From Tubulanus polymorphus (taxonomy: Eukaryota; Animalia; Nemertea): a DNA stretch of 60,000 bases. The translations under genes were made by a program, and so were the position numbers. This document shows, piece after piece, positions 1-13,725 of the stretch (the first letter of the stretch is position 1; each line of letters begins with the position of its first letter). The stretch covers positions 1 to 60,000 of the forward strand of contig NW_027437476.1 in NCBI RefSeq assembly GCF_964204645.1. Reading direction: 5' to 3'. Under the pieces are notes generated by a model that was not told the origin of the DNA, did no database searches, and saw nothing but the letters and a program-made list of their open reading frames with translations.

Positions 1-1066
1 GAAAAATAATTGCAGTATTATTGTCTTTAAGTTGTGAAATGGAATAAAAATTTGAATTATTTCAAATAAAGAAGTGACTAGAATAAACTTGTTGAATCAG
101 AATAAATTACTTTTTCCTCCATGAAGGCATACAAAAGAGTGGCGTTGGCGTTTTATCAATTTTTTACTCTGTGTCCATGTGACCATGCTCCAAATTGTAA
201 ATTATGAGCTATCCCACCAAGATAATAATGTTCGAGTTACTCAAAAAAGAAAGTAACCTGCCTAGAGAATTGATGCACCAGAAGATAGAATATGTGCTGC
301 AGTTGTACTTGTATCCGCCCCTGTTTATGATCCAGAGAAGAACCCCCCCCCTAAAAGAAACCTGTGTATGGGTCGGTTGGTACCCAGTTCTGGAATCCAG
401 TTAGAGAGATACATAAATGAACTATTTGATTATCCCGTGTCCTTGGAAACTGCTAATTTGCAAACATCCTGATGGGTTATTTGGGTGGATGAAGCCGGAA
501 AAATCTGTAGCGATTGCTGTAAGGCAGTCGGATCACATCGGGTCGAAGGCTCACCAACCAAAAAGTCAAGTTTTGAGAAAGTCACAATTATTGGAAAAAA
601 ACAAAATGATTAAAAAAACAAATCTGCTTCAAATCATCTTTGTTACATTATGAAAGATACATTATCAAACAGATACCTGAATGAATACAATTTTACCTCT
701 CGCCCCATCAAGAGTGAAAGACCCACTAACTGACTTCTACGTGGTTAACTAACAGTCTAGTTTTGCAACTGCGAAATATATGAGTACACGAAAAAAACCC
801 CAGCAAAACAGCCACATAAAATTTCATGTTTCATAACTTCTGATAATGCTAATACTTTTTTGGTTTGATTGCCATGACAAAATTCATTTTAAAATTAACG
901 ACGCTTAAAATAAACTGCACTACTTAATACCAAGACTTATATCGCTAAACAAATTCCAGCTGTTAAGGGAGTGCTTCATACATGAGAAAGCAGGAGGACA
1001 TCATCATTATTGGATGAAAGGTGCTGCTGTTGTTTTCGGTAATAAGGAATCAATTGCTTCTGGCCT

Positions 1067-1197
1067 CTATCGTGCCATTGATGGGCTTACATCATGACGA
1101 TGTTCTGGCAATGGATAATTATTCATCGGTGGTCCCATGGCCAACTGTGGTCCAAGCGACTGTTGAAGATAATGACTTTGCCCAAACATACCATGAG
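1067..1197 (-). CDS. Candidate terminal exon of a flanking host gene (Q/P/M/H-rich)
   Basis: Minus strand: acceptor atatttcag| then an open frame (x)HGMFGQSHYLQQSLGPQLAMGPPMNNYPLPEHRHDVSPSMAR-TAG. No upstream exons identified. Confidence 0.3.
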
Positions 1198-1755
1198 CTG
1201 AAATATTTGATCTAGAAAATTGATTTTAACAGTCTGTTTTCTTTATAGAGCCATGACGCTGAGCCATGCTAATTACATAGATACTTATCTTTGTAATGTG
1301 TAATTGAAATAGTGGATAATCAAAGAAAAGTTGTCAATGGGCATGATAGGTGCACTGGTAAAATGGACTGCAAAATGCTTAGAACACAAAACAAACGTAT
1401 TCGGAATATCTCTAATTTTTTCCTCGTGTAGCCTGAAAATAAAGGATTTTTCCTCTTGTATAGATGGGCGGTATATCTCCTCGGATCCATCCTCTCCGGA
1501 AGGGATTTGAACATGATGGCATCGAGACTGCCACGGTATGAAACCAAGCCACTGGACGGAGTGCGCAGCTTAGATGATGTCATTTTCTTGACATAAAGAA
1601 ATCCTCTTTAGTTTCAGCCCGGGTCTTTCCATAATTCTTCCGTGAAATTTGCCCCAGTTATTACATTTTGGGCAATCTGCTGATTCTTTCTAGTGTGGCA
1701 GAGGTTAGGCTAGGTAGGTTAGGTTAACGTGAAAATAGATTTTCCTATATCTATT

Positions 1756-1821
1756 TGTGTGTGTGTGCGCATGTGCGCGTATGTATGCGTGTATGCGCGT
1801 ATGCGCGTGTGCGTGTGTGTG
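1756..1821. repeat. Alternating purine-pyrimidine microsatellite (GT/GC mix)
   Basis: tgtgtgtgtgtgcgcatgtgcgcgtatgtatgcgtg... directly visible. Confidence 0.85.
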
Positions 1822-1886
1822 GCAACTGACTCCAAGGTTAAGTTTTGTAAGATAGTAAGATAGACATAAAGAATATTATTTCTTAA

Positions 1887-2459
1887 CCCTTTTACCTTTA
1901 AGTATTTTTCGGCCTACGAGAGATTTTGGACCTTGCTCAGTAGATGTGAGGGATAACCCCATACTGTATGTTTTTTATGAAAGCTCTTTTCACATGCTTT
2001 CAAATGATACCATGTTTGCGAACTTTGGGAGTTACCTTCAGGGTCTGAACCCAAGGTCACAGATCCCAAGGTCATCCAGATTTTTGGGCCACCCATAATA
2101 AAAAACTGTCATGAGATTCATCCCAATATGAATTATCATCAGAATCTTTCATTACTATGTCCAAAATATCAGCCAAACTCACTAGAGAACGTCTTTAGTG
2201 CATTGGCCATTACTACTAACGATATTCTCAATTTTGGAAATCTGACCCACGCGACATGTGGTTTCCATACCCCCTTCTACATGCCAAATGTATGATATAT
2301 CACTTTCCAACCTTGTTAGACATTGTAGGCCGTCTGGTGTCGCCATCTGCTGATAGGAAAATGAGTTAGAATGCTTCGCTGAAATCAATACTTGACTATT
2401 CTATTCACTATAGCTGGTCTATTCAAATCGGTCGCTAGCGACCGATTGCCAGTTAAAGG
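1887..2459. mobile_element. Degenerate piggyBac-like non-autonomous element
   Basis: TTAA|CCCTTTTACC ... CAGTTAAAGG|TTAA, plus a subterminal perfect palindrome TCGGTCGCTAGCGACCGA (~2428-2445). TIRs are imperfect. Confidence 0.45.
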
Positions 2460-3159
2460 TTAAGCACTGCATTTTTACATTTTAGGTTCTTTTAGTGAAG
2501 GAGAGTTTTCTAAACAGACAAAATTTGCAAGTATGTTTATTTAATGTAAATCAAAATTCTCATACTGATTCAAATGTGTACCTATCCATGATTGAAAATA
2601 TGTGTTAATTAGTTTGATGAATTTGAAAGTACATAGTCTGAAAAACTATCAGATTTGCAGCATCGGATCAGAGGAGGCTATAAATTATCTGCCTAAACCA
2701 ACCTTGGCATATGATGCGTACAGAACAATGGCGGCGGGGCTCGGCCATGTTTTTGAATCGTTACTCGCTTGGCAGAAAACGAAATAGACATACGCCTTGA
2801 CATGTGTCAGTCATCCAGCGGACAGATCCGGTTCTGGTCAAGCAAGAAACCACAGTGCCATTTTACGGACCTTATCATTATTCAACTTAGTTCATAAAGT
2901 GCCTTAAGTCGTTTCATGGATAAAATTGTAAATATATTTCGGTAGAGCCTGTTCATCAACCGTCGGATAATGATTGGACTTATTTATTGAACATGTTGAA
3001 CAAATTCGTAATACACATAACCTCGTCCGAAAAAATAATGTAAAATCCGAAAAGATACATTTTTTGATTCTGTTTTGATGATTTTTTTTCGTGAAAAATC
3101 ATCTTCTTTGAGGCTGTTTTGAAGCGAAGGCGTTCCTCAAAAAGGTGTAAAATCAAATT

Positions 3160-4340
3160 TTTTGGCACTTAAACAGGGGCGTCTCTAAAAAAATTGTAAG
3201 CTGTTTTGGCACTTAAACGAGGGGCGTCCCTCAAAAAAGTGTGAAATCTCTGTTTTGGCACTAAAACGAGGGGCGTCCCTCAAAAAAGTGGGAAATCACG
3301 GTTTTGGCACTAAAACGAGGACCGTCCCTCAAAAAGTGGGAAATTACGGCTTTGGCACTGAAACGAGGGGCGTCCCTCAAAAAAGTGGGAAATCGCGGTT
3401 TTAACACTAAAACGAGGAGCGTCCCTCCAAAAGTGGGAAATTACGGCTTTGGCACTAAAACGAGGATCGTCCCTCAAAAAAGTGGGAAATCAAGGTTTTG
3501 GCACTAAAGCGAGGGGCGTCCCTCAAAAAAGTGGGAAATCACGGTTTTAACACTAAAACGAGGAGCGTCCCTCAAAAAGTGGGAAATTACGGCTTTGGCA
3601 CTAAAACCAGGAGCGTCCCTCAAAAAGTGGAAAACTACAGCTTTGGCACTAAAACGAGGGGCGTCCCTCAAAAAAGTGCGAAATCACGGTTTTGGCACTA
3701 AAACGAGGGGCGTCCCTCAAAAAAGTGGGAAATCACGGTTTTAACACTAAAACGAGGAGCGTCCCTCAAAAAGTGGGAAATTACGGCTTTGGCACTAAAA
3801 CGAGGAGCGTCCCTCAAAAAGTGGAAAACTACAGCTTTGGCACTAAAACGAGGGGCGTCCCTCAAAAAAGTGCGAAATCACGGTTTTGGCACTAAAACGA
3901 GGAACGTCCCTCAAAAAGTAGGAAATCACGGTTTTGGCACTAAAACGAGGAGCGTCCCTCAAAAAAGTGTGAAATGACTGTTATTGCACTAAAACGAGGG
4001 GCGTCCCTCAAAAAAGTGGGAAATCACGGTTTTGGCACTAAAACGAGGAGCGTCCCTCAAAAAAGTGTGAAATGACTGTTATTGCACTAAAACGAGGGGC
4101 GTCCCTCCAAAAAGTGGGAAATCACGGTTTTGGCACTAAAACGAGGAGCGTCCCTCAAAAAAGTGTGAAATGACTGTTATTGCACTAAAACGAGGGGCGT
4201 CCCTCCAAAAAGTGTGAAATGACTGTTATTGCACTAAAACGAGGGGCGTCCCTCCAAAAAGTGGGAAATCACTGTTATTGCACTAAAACGAGGGCCGTCC
4301 CTCAAAAAAGTGTGAAATCGTTGTTTTGGCACTAAAACTA
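3160..4340 (+). repeat. Tandem array of ~24 x 48-49 bp units with a 194 bp (4-unit) higher-order period in part
   Basis: Unit ttttggcactaaaacgaggggcgtccctcaaaaaagtgggaaatcacgg. Near-identical ORFs start at 3304, 3498 and 3692 (period 194). Units degenerate toward ~3110. Confidence 0.95.
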
Positions 4341-5439
4341 GGGGCACCCAAGCGTGAAATCGCAATTTTGGCGGTGAATCGATAAGCTCCTCGAATAAGC
4401 GTTAATCCCAATCTTGATGGTGAAAAGAGAGTGCCTCTTGAAGAAATCCGTTTTGACGATAAGATGAGGAATGTCACTGCAATATGTGCGAAATCGCATA
4501 TGTTCAAACATCAATGATAATTTGAGAGTATTCAACGTGTATCAAAAATGTATTTATTGACCATTAGAAATTTCTATCAATTTGATAAGCACAAATGTTT
4601 GATTAATTTTACATAATTCTTGATATTCAATTCATAATATTTATTGATGAACACATGACTTTTAAACACGCGTTGTATCTAACAACGCTGAATATTTTCA
4701 ACGAAAGTGGTTATCGTAATAAGTCTTTATTTCATAAAATATGTACACACCAGGTGTAAAAAGAACATACACAATTAACAACAAGTTCATATACATGGAA
4801 AAAGTGTCACCGTATGTATAATCTGAATGCATTATGATTATGGCATAGATTAGAAAAATACTCTCACTCTCATTGGCTTTATTAACAGATACAATAGTAT
4901 ATAACAACTGCATAATGCTGGACAGAATAAAAGATATGTACATACGGGATCAAATTAACGTGTACAAAATATAGAAATTGACTCAACTATACATAAAACA
5001 TTGCAACTGTGCAATTTATCGTGGTTACAAAATATGTTTTCAGTTTCCTATACACGGAATTATTGAAATGTTGTGTTAATTTAATTTACTCATCCAAGTT
5101 ATACAAACGGGTCTCACATTATTCAACAAAATAATTATAAGAAGGCCGTCTACTAATGACGGCGGAATGAGAGAAATGATAAATGTTATAAAACATGACG
5201 CAGGCATTAAACATGATGATTTTTTGCGGATGATTATGGTTCGATAGAAAATAGCGGATTCACCGTGTATCCATCAAATTCGAACGCAGCTTATTAAGGG
5301 GAGAATTAAGTACGTAACTAAAATCTAGTAAGTTTCTACTTATTTTACTTGAATGGAGGTAAAACTGGTAGTTCTCTGAAGATTTACTTTATTTAGATGA
5401 AGCTTCCACCAATATCATTTTTTCCTAACAACCACGGCA

Positions 5440-8400
5440 TTAATTTGTTGAAATTGCCGCACAGTCAATTCTATTTATAGTATATTTTCAGAAATTCTAT
5501 GAAATTTCAAATCAGCCCCCATGTCGGAATATGATAACAAATGACTTGAGTTACAATGTACTAGTAAGAAAAATTCAAATTAAGAATTTAAAATACACAA
5601 ATAACTGTTCATCTGAAAAATTCTAAGACAAGATTATCAGTACACCTAATGTAAGATCTTTGGACGGTATCGCGGGATAAGTCCTCTTAAAGTCACTTTA
5701 AGACGCAACGGTTATTGTCGAAATTCGATATTCTGCAAATCGAACTTAGTACAAAGAGGAAAGCATTTTTTCACTCAAATTTCTCTGTCAAATTCGAGAC
5801 AAGCAAATTCATTTGTTTTTCTATAGAAATCGCTTAAACATATTTCAAAGTTAAGTCTTCACTCAATATCTATTGAATCGACATAAAACAGGCAGCACTC
5901 TGAGGGTTTTCTTTATCTATTTGGCAAGTAAGAGTTTTTTTCTGCTAGTCTAAAGAAGCGACCCGATGAAGCTTCTATAAACTAGTAGCGATAGATCGTA
6001 TACATCAAATAAATGTAGACTACCAACAGAGTACTACCTGTTTAACGTCAATTCTTTTGGTTAATGAATTTCGGTCAATTTATTCTGGTTAAAACGGCTT
6101 GCTTCTTCTTAATTTTACCTATGAATATATGTAGACTTTATATCATTCTAATCATTTCAAAATATCGTATAGCACTTAATTGAACGAATAATGATTATCA
6201 TTGAGCGCTAAGTAAACTAAACCCATTTTCCTGGCAATCACGGAACTTATTTGTTGAAATTTTCGCACAGGCAATTCTAATTATAGTATGTTTTCAGTGA
6301 TCCTATGAAATGTCAAATCAGCCCCATTGTCGGAATATGATAACGAATGACTGAGTTACAATGTACTAGTAAGAAATATTCAGATTAGGAATTAAATACA
6401 CAAATAACTGTTCATCTGAAAAATCAAAGACAAGATTATCAGTACACCTAATGTAAGACTCTGGCGCCCAATAAACTTCCTATCAGCGAAACAGAAACCT
6501 GAATGTCACCGTGGACCAGAATTTCTTATCACACCAGTTAGAATACTAGACTATGAAACTTACACCGGCCGAGGCAAGGATTTAATCCCAGGACCCCGGA
6601 GACGTCAAATCTTTGGACAATATCGCGAGATAGGTCCTCTTAAAGTCGGATATTGAGACGCAACGGTTATTGTCGAAATTCGATAATCTGCAAATCGAAC
6701 TTAGTACAAAGTGGAAAACATTTTTTCACTAAAATTCGAGACAAGCAAATTGATTTGTTTTTCTATAGAAATCGCTTAAACCTATTTCAAAATTAAGTCT
6801 TAACTCAATATCTATTGAATTGACATAAAACAGGCAGCACTCTGAGGGTTTTCTTTATCTATTGGGCAAGTAAGAGTTTTTTTCTGCTAGTCTAAAGAAG
6901 CGACCCGATGAAGCTTCTATAAACTAGTAGCGATAGATCGTATATATCAAATAAATGTAGACTACCAACAGAGTACTACCTGTTTAACGTCAATTCTTTT
7001 GGTTAATGAATTTCGGTCAATTTATTCTGGTTAAAACGGCTTGCTTCTTCTTAATTTTACCTATAAATATATGTAGACTTTATATCATTCTAATCATTTC
7101 AAAATATCGTATAGCACTTAATTGAACGAATAATGATTATCATTGAGCGCTAAGTAAACTAAACCCATTTTCCTGGCAATCACGGAACTTATTTGTTGAA
7201 ATTTTCGCACAGGCAATTCTAATTATAGTATGTTTTCAGTGATCCTATGAAATGTCAAATCAGCCCCATTGTCGGAATATGATAACGAATGACTGAGTTA
7301 CAATGTACTAGTAAGAAATATTCAGATTAGGAATTAAATACACAAATAACTGTTCATCTGAAAAATCAAAGACAAGATTATCAGTACACCTAATGTAAGA
7401 CTCTGGCGCCCAATAAACTTCCTATCAGCGAAACAGAAACCTGAATGTCACCGTGGACCAGAATTTCTTATCACACCAGTTAGAATACTAGACTATGAAA
7501 CTTACACCGGCCGAGGCAAGGATTTAATCCCAGGACCCCGGAGACGTCAAATCTTTGGACAATATCGCGAGATAGGTCCTCTTAAAGTCGGATATTGAGA
7601 CGCAACGGTTATTGTCGAAATTCGATAATCTGCAAATCGAACTTAGTACAAAGTGGAAAACATTTTTTCACTAAAATTCGAGACAAGCAAATTGATTTGT
7701 TTTTCTATAGAAATCGCTTAAACCTATTTCAAAATTAAGTCTTAACTCAATATCTATTGAATTGACATAAAACAGGCAGCACTCTGAGGGTTTTCTTTAT
7801 CTATTGGGCAAGTAAGAGTTTTTTTCTGCTAGTCTAAAGAAGCGACCCGATGAAGCTTCTATAAACTAGTAGCGATAGATCGTATATATCAAATAAATGT
7901 AGACTACCTACAGAGTACTACCTGTTTAACGTCAATTCTTTTGGTTAATGAATTTCGGTCAATTTATTTTGGTTAAAACGGCTTGCTTCTTCTTAATTTT
8001 ACCTATAAATATATGTAGACTTTATATCATTCTAATCATTTCAAAATATCGTATAGCACTTAATTGAACGAATAATGTTTATTATTAAGCGCTAAGTAAA
8101 CTAAACCCATTTTCCTGGCAATCACGGAACTTATTTGTTGAAATTTTCGCACAGACAATTCTAATTATAGTATGTTTTCAGTGATTCTATGAAATGTCAA
8201 ATCAGCCCCATTGTCGGAATATGATAACGAATGACTGAGTTACAATGTACTAGTAAGAAATATTCAGATTAGGAATTAAATACACAAATAACTGTTCATC
8301 TGAAAAATCAAAGACAAGATTATCAGTACACCTAATGTAAGACTCTGGCGCCCAATAAACTTCCTATCAGCGAAACAGAAACCTGAATGTCACCGTGGAC

Positions 8401-9103
8401 CAGAATTTCTTATCACACCAGTTAGAATACTAGACTATGAAACTTACACCGGCCGAGGCAAGGATTTAATCCCAGGACCCCGGAGACGTCAAATCTTTGG
8501 ACAATATCGCGAGATAGGTCCTCTTAAAGTCGGATATTAAGATGCAACAGTTAATGTCGAAATTCGATAATCTGCAAATCGAACTTAGTACAAAGTGGAA
8601 AACATTTTTTCACTCAAATTTATCTGTCAAATTCGAGACAAGCAAATTGATTTGTTTTTCTATAGAAATCGCTTTAACATATTTCAAAATTAAGTCTTAA
8701 CTCAATATCTATTGAATTGACAGGCAGCACTTTGAGGGTTTTCTTTATCTATTTGGCAAGTACGATTTTTTTCTGCTAGTCTAAAGAAGCGACCCGATGA
8801 AGCTTCTATAAACTAGTAGCGATAGATCGTATATATCAAATAAATGTAGACTACCTACAGAGTACTACCTGTTTAACGTCAATTCTTTTGGTTAATGAAT
8901 TTCGGTCAATTTATTCTGTTTAAAACGGCTTGCTTCTTCTTAATTTTACCTATAAATTTACCCATTCTAATCATTTCAAAATATCGTATAGCACTTAATT
9001 GAACGAATAATGTTTATTATTAAGCGCCAAGTAATCTAAACCCATTTTCCTGGCAATCACGGAACTTATTTGTTGAATTTTCAGTGATTCTATGAAATGT
9101 CAA
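5440..9103 (+). repeat. Tandem array of ~4 x 942-947 bp units
   Basis: Marker acccgatgaagcttc at 5961, 6903, 7845 and 8792. The outermost unit lacks the ~140 bp ctctggcgccc...gacgtcaa segment. Confidence 0.95.
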
Positions 9104-10295
9104 CAAGTGACTCCACAAGTTTCAGTCAACAAGTCCCCCCTGCGCACTAAGGCCAGCCTAGCTATCGTCTTCAAAAAATTATACCAATTACGAAGATACA
9201 ATATCTCAATCTGCTACCACCGACAGTGGTTGGCAGGAACAAATACTTCGGATCGGTTTGTTTTCCTATATGAATCTGAAAATGAATGAAATTGATCAGA
9301 ACTGAATTTGGTTTTTTTGTCGAATATAATTAACTTGATATTGAATTTGCTGATCTGCCACTTAATGGTTTAATTTAATTCATATGACTATTAATACTTC
9401 ATTAAAGTTTCTGAATCTCAAGCTGTACCAACTAAGAATGCGTTACATTGATTTCAACTGCTTAGTGAAATATGGCTTAATCGAGTCACGATGATAGTTC
9501 AAAAGATCGAGAGGTACATTTGAATTTTTCAATTGTTGATAACCATCAATTTAATTTTAACCATTAGAATATTGCAGTGGAACTTCTTCAATATACAGGA
9601 GGAAAAATGATGCTCATGTGCCCATAAACCCTTTGAGTAACTAGGTTACTATAGGGTATAGACATATTCATGTAAAATGTACCGCATTCTTTAAAATAGT
9701 CATTTGAACGGTTCACAAAGTAAATTGATATCTTGTCTCCAGTCATTCTTATAGAATTGTGGTCTTGGAAATATATGGTTGGGACAAACTTTTCTGAACA
9801 TCTACCTCGGGGATTTTTTAAAACTTAGTGAGATTTTAAACTATGTAAATTTACATGTTCCAACCATAAATTACCAAAAGAGACTGGTAGATACGCATAT
9901 TGCATATTTCGAAATGAATTCACTTGTAAACTATTCTTTGAAGAATTAAATCGCCTCCATCAAACTTAAAATATTACATCTATATTTACATACTATCAAT
10001 GATACTTTTAAATTTAGTGCTTAAAACGTATCCATTTACCCAATATTATTCAAATTAATATCTAAAAAATCGTTTTGTATTCATTGTTTTTAACATTCGA
10101 GTATCATTCTTGTAAATCGCTTAGAAACGCACATATAAGGCGGTATAACAATCATTACCTGGAATTGAATAATAATGGTAATACCATTATTATTCAATTT
10201 CATTTGAAAAGCGAACTCCATAGCCGCGCAATAGAGGGTAAAAAAGTCAGAGCAGATCCAGGTGGCTAGAGGCTAACTTCAGGCATTCAATGAAT

Positions 10296-13200
10296 TCACA
10301 CAGTTATCTGTAAAGAAAATATAAGATTAGACAATAGTCCTTTCATATTAAAGCAGCTTTTTGCTAAAGCAGCATCTCACTGAAACTTCAACAAAAATAA
10401 TTCAAAAATAGAAATAAAACATACCACTGGATTATCTGTTCCTGCAACTTGTTGAAGCAGGTTAGCAGGAGTTTCTGGCACTGCATCAATCAGATCCGAC
10501 AACTGATATTTCTTAAAACGAGGCAGAAACCAGTATGCATCTGCCATTGAATGGTTCTCCAAAAATTTCTTGTCATGTTGTAGTCTTTTTATGGTGTCAA
10601 TGTATCTTGTCCACCAGTTCACCGTATTATCGTCCAAAAAGTTTTTCCATTTGTTTAGATTAGTAAGATATTTGCTTGATAAAAAGTCATCATAACATTG
10701 AATCAAAATTTCTGGCCGACCGACAGGTATTGAATTCAATAGTCCACCTCTCAATACACGCCATGTGCCCGAACTTGACTTTCTATAAAATAAACTGCAG
10801 CCATCCTCTGTTTTGCGGAAGCAAAAATTTCTTATCTTTGAATGCCCAGATATATTTCTAATATGGGGCTCAAGCCACGCCCTTATATCAAAAAGACCAT
10901 TCAAAAATTGACCACCGATTAATTTCTGCAGCATCGCGTCAAGGGTTAAAGCTTCCTCCTTTCGTAAAGTTCCTGCGATTACCGAAAACATTTGATCAAC
11001 ATCCTCGTGTGTGTGACCGACAGATAGAAATGATAGATTTGTCTGCAAAATAGAATCATGACAGTAGGGAGGTGAAGAAAGGCAAGGCAAAATTAATTCC
11101 ATATCAATCTTTTGAATCTGGAACGAGTGATATTCATTTATGAAATAGTCATGTCTTACCTCATGGCATATTCCAAGTCGTACAAAAAGTTCCAAAAAGG
11201 CTAATAGATAGCGATTTTTGTTTTCTCGACATGTATTATCCGCTTGAAGATAAAGAATTGGCGGTAAATGACCATTCTGAAAATAAACATACATAACGCT
11301 TTATCAACACTTTTTTGAAACCTACTTATAGTAAATTAGCTAAAATAGGGGATATGTTGTTTGCTAAATTATAAATTAGGCATCCAGGGATCCTTTGAAT
11401 ATAGAACTAAAATGCTTGACAACTTCTGACCACATTTAATATTCAAATCCCGCTAGCTATGAAAAAGAGCTATGAAAAAGATATTGCTGACCTTGAATCT
11501 CACCATGATGATATTTCATCAACCATAACTTTGTAACTCATTATCGTTACAAAATATGCATAGGTTCCATAATCAAATCATTAAATTTTTCAATGATGGT
11601 CCTTCGTGAAACTTGCCTCAACAATGTCAAGGTACGTAGGACTAAAACATCAAAAGCGTACCATATACGTACAAGGGTAGGCAAGGAAGACACATCAAGA
11701 TAATTGATTAAAGCCTATTAAGACCTTTCGTGGGAAACTTCAGAACAACAATGGCTGCTCGTTGGCCATCATGATACTGATCCGGCCAGTTTTTGGGCAG
11801 CAGATGTGTCTAGCCACATGTATAAACCAAATATCAGCAAAATCAATTGAAGCGTCATAGAACTTTTTCCATAACAACTGGATTCTTTCAAAGGATGAAC
11901 AGATTGAGAAAAAGCTTAAGACTCAATACTTACCACTGACTCCTTCCACAAAGTCTTCAATAACACATTCATTACCATGTTAGAATCATGCGGATACTGT
12001 AAGACATCTAAGTAGCAATACCTGCGCTGCATAGCATGACATATGACACCAGTCACGTGTGTTTTTAACAACTCATTAGAGCTAAATTCCTGCAAATAGT
12101 GTTAACCATTAAAAGAGTATGTATTTTCGTATGGAAAGATTATTGCTTTAATCAACATCGGCTTCAAACTAACCTTAGGAACTGAACCAGTTAAATGAGG
12201 AATGTACGTTTTCTTCTGATCCATGCCATCGATGATTAATGATGTATAGCGTTGTGGGTTAGCTTTAGCTCGATTCCTCCTTACCGTATATGCCTGTCTA
12301 TCCATTCTAAATAAAATCCAATTGCATACTTTAATAATCAGCTGTGTTAGGAGATATGAATATCGATGTCAATCGGTTATATCACTGAATCCCAAAAAAA
12401 TCTGTATGGAGCATCAATTACTAAAATTCAAGGGAAGTGTTTATGTATATCTTATGACAGTGCCTTGCAAAAGCCTACTTTCCTTCTTAACACACAGCCA
12501 CCATAAGAATGGTTTTGGTCTTGAACTGTTGGCCAATTGTGGAAAAATATCTAGTTGCCAATAATCTTAGACATAACAGAAATGCATGCCCGTATTTAGG
12601 GGGTTCAGGGTTCGCTTATTCATGAAGTTCCACTCTGATGTCAGCCTGACAAAAACTGGAGCATGACTCATTTTTGTAAGTGCTCGCTCAAATAGGAGTC
12701 GAACTTAATTCGAGGCAGTTTTTTGGAGACAGAAGTATTGAAAGTTGCTCCTTGTTGTATCTATTGTTTTAATGATTTTCTGGGGTAGCTTTACATGCCT
12801 TGGGTGGCATATTTATCACATATGAGTTAAACTTTCCTTAAAATTCAACCCCCCCCCCCCCCCAAAGACAGGGCTGGCAATGGGCCTGAAATGCATCATT
12901 TTATAAGTACATACGTTATCTGGTCATAATGAGTTTGCCTCAAGCTTTTAATACGCTCTTTCATCGCTGGATCAGTTGTTGCTTGCATCTTACGATTTAG
13001 AATGACGCAAGTTGTGCATTTTGTGAAGGCATTTCCCTTGAAAATATATAGAATTCATCAACAATTACAAATTTCCAAATGAGTGAAATGAGTTGCACTT
13101 CAATAAAAAAATTGTTTGGATATAAGTAACTTAAGTGATTTAAATAGAAAGTAAATATCTTCCTCGCATACCTTCCGGATTTTAACATTTGGGAAAGATT

Positions 13201-13725
13201 CTTTCCATAACTGATAGAACGAAGTCCGCTTTAGGTATGGCAGGTTATGGTGATCTCTTTGTTTGCGGTAAAATTTCCAGACGTCAACCTTCCGAGTAGC
13301 GGATGGAAGCCATGCTTCAGCTTTGTGGGGTGCATGCTCAGCATTTTCGGTCAGGTATTTTTCTAACCAAGCCGATGCTTCGATGTTGACAGCTGTTTTA
13401 GAACGTGCACCCACCCTGACACGGCTTTTACCGGAGAGAACATTGCTCAGTGTCACAGCATGAATACCGTGAGCCATCAACCAAGCCTTCTGACACACAC
13501 TCACACCTTTCACTGTATAGCTTTTTGTACTGCCCAATGAATCCTTTATAAACTGGTGACGTTCTCGCCACGATCTTGACCAAACGCTTCGGCGAATTTG
13601 CAAAATATCTTCTCTCAAAAGGAAGCTGTTGCAATGGTTCTTTTTACAGCACGGCATTAAAGCACGTGCTATTTGCCTTGCTGCTATTTTTTTCAGCAGA
13701 ACGTTTGGTTTGGGATTTGATGAAC
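10296..13725 (-). CDS. DDD transposase-like protein, conserved core (~570 aa; Sola1/DUF7869-like)
   Basis: Phase-compatible GT-AG exons 13725-13172, 13036-12915, 12306-12174, 12089-11934, 11276-11160, 11042-10425, 10307-10296 with no stops. Motifs PCCKKNHC, VCQKAW..HGI, FTKCTTC..H, IIDGMDQKKTYIPH, YPHDSN, LYLQADNTCRENKN, FLSVGHTHEDVDQMFS. Family name is from recall of these motifs. Confidence 0.8.

Larger units (their letters stand above)
3110..9103 (+). repeat. Left compound terminal inverted repeat (~6 kb)
   Basis: 48-49 bp array (~3160-4340), unique segment (~4340-5440) and ~945 bp array (~5440-9103). Each part has a reverse-complement counterpart at the right end. Outer boundary is approximate. 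Confidence 0.9.

Noticed and set aside
1320-1583. 87 aa ORF and other isolated 60-130 aa ORFs (e.g. 33411-33635, 43079-43480)
   Set aside because: No recognisable motifs or splice context; several are antisense shadows of real exons.
3304-3977. MALKRG... short ORFs (also 59585-59788)
   Set aside because: By-products of the 48-49 bp tandem repeat, with TTG starts and frames shifting with unit length.
3160-4340. CRISPR array
   Set aside because: Units are contiguous with no unique spacers, there are no cas genes and the context is eukaryotic.
10377-11294. 305 aa ORF as a complete protein
   Set aside because: It reads through an in-frame 117 bp intron (11159-11043) and into flanking introns; it is part of the larger spliced transposase.
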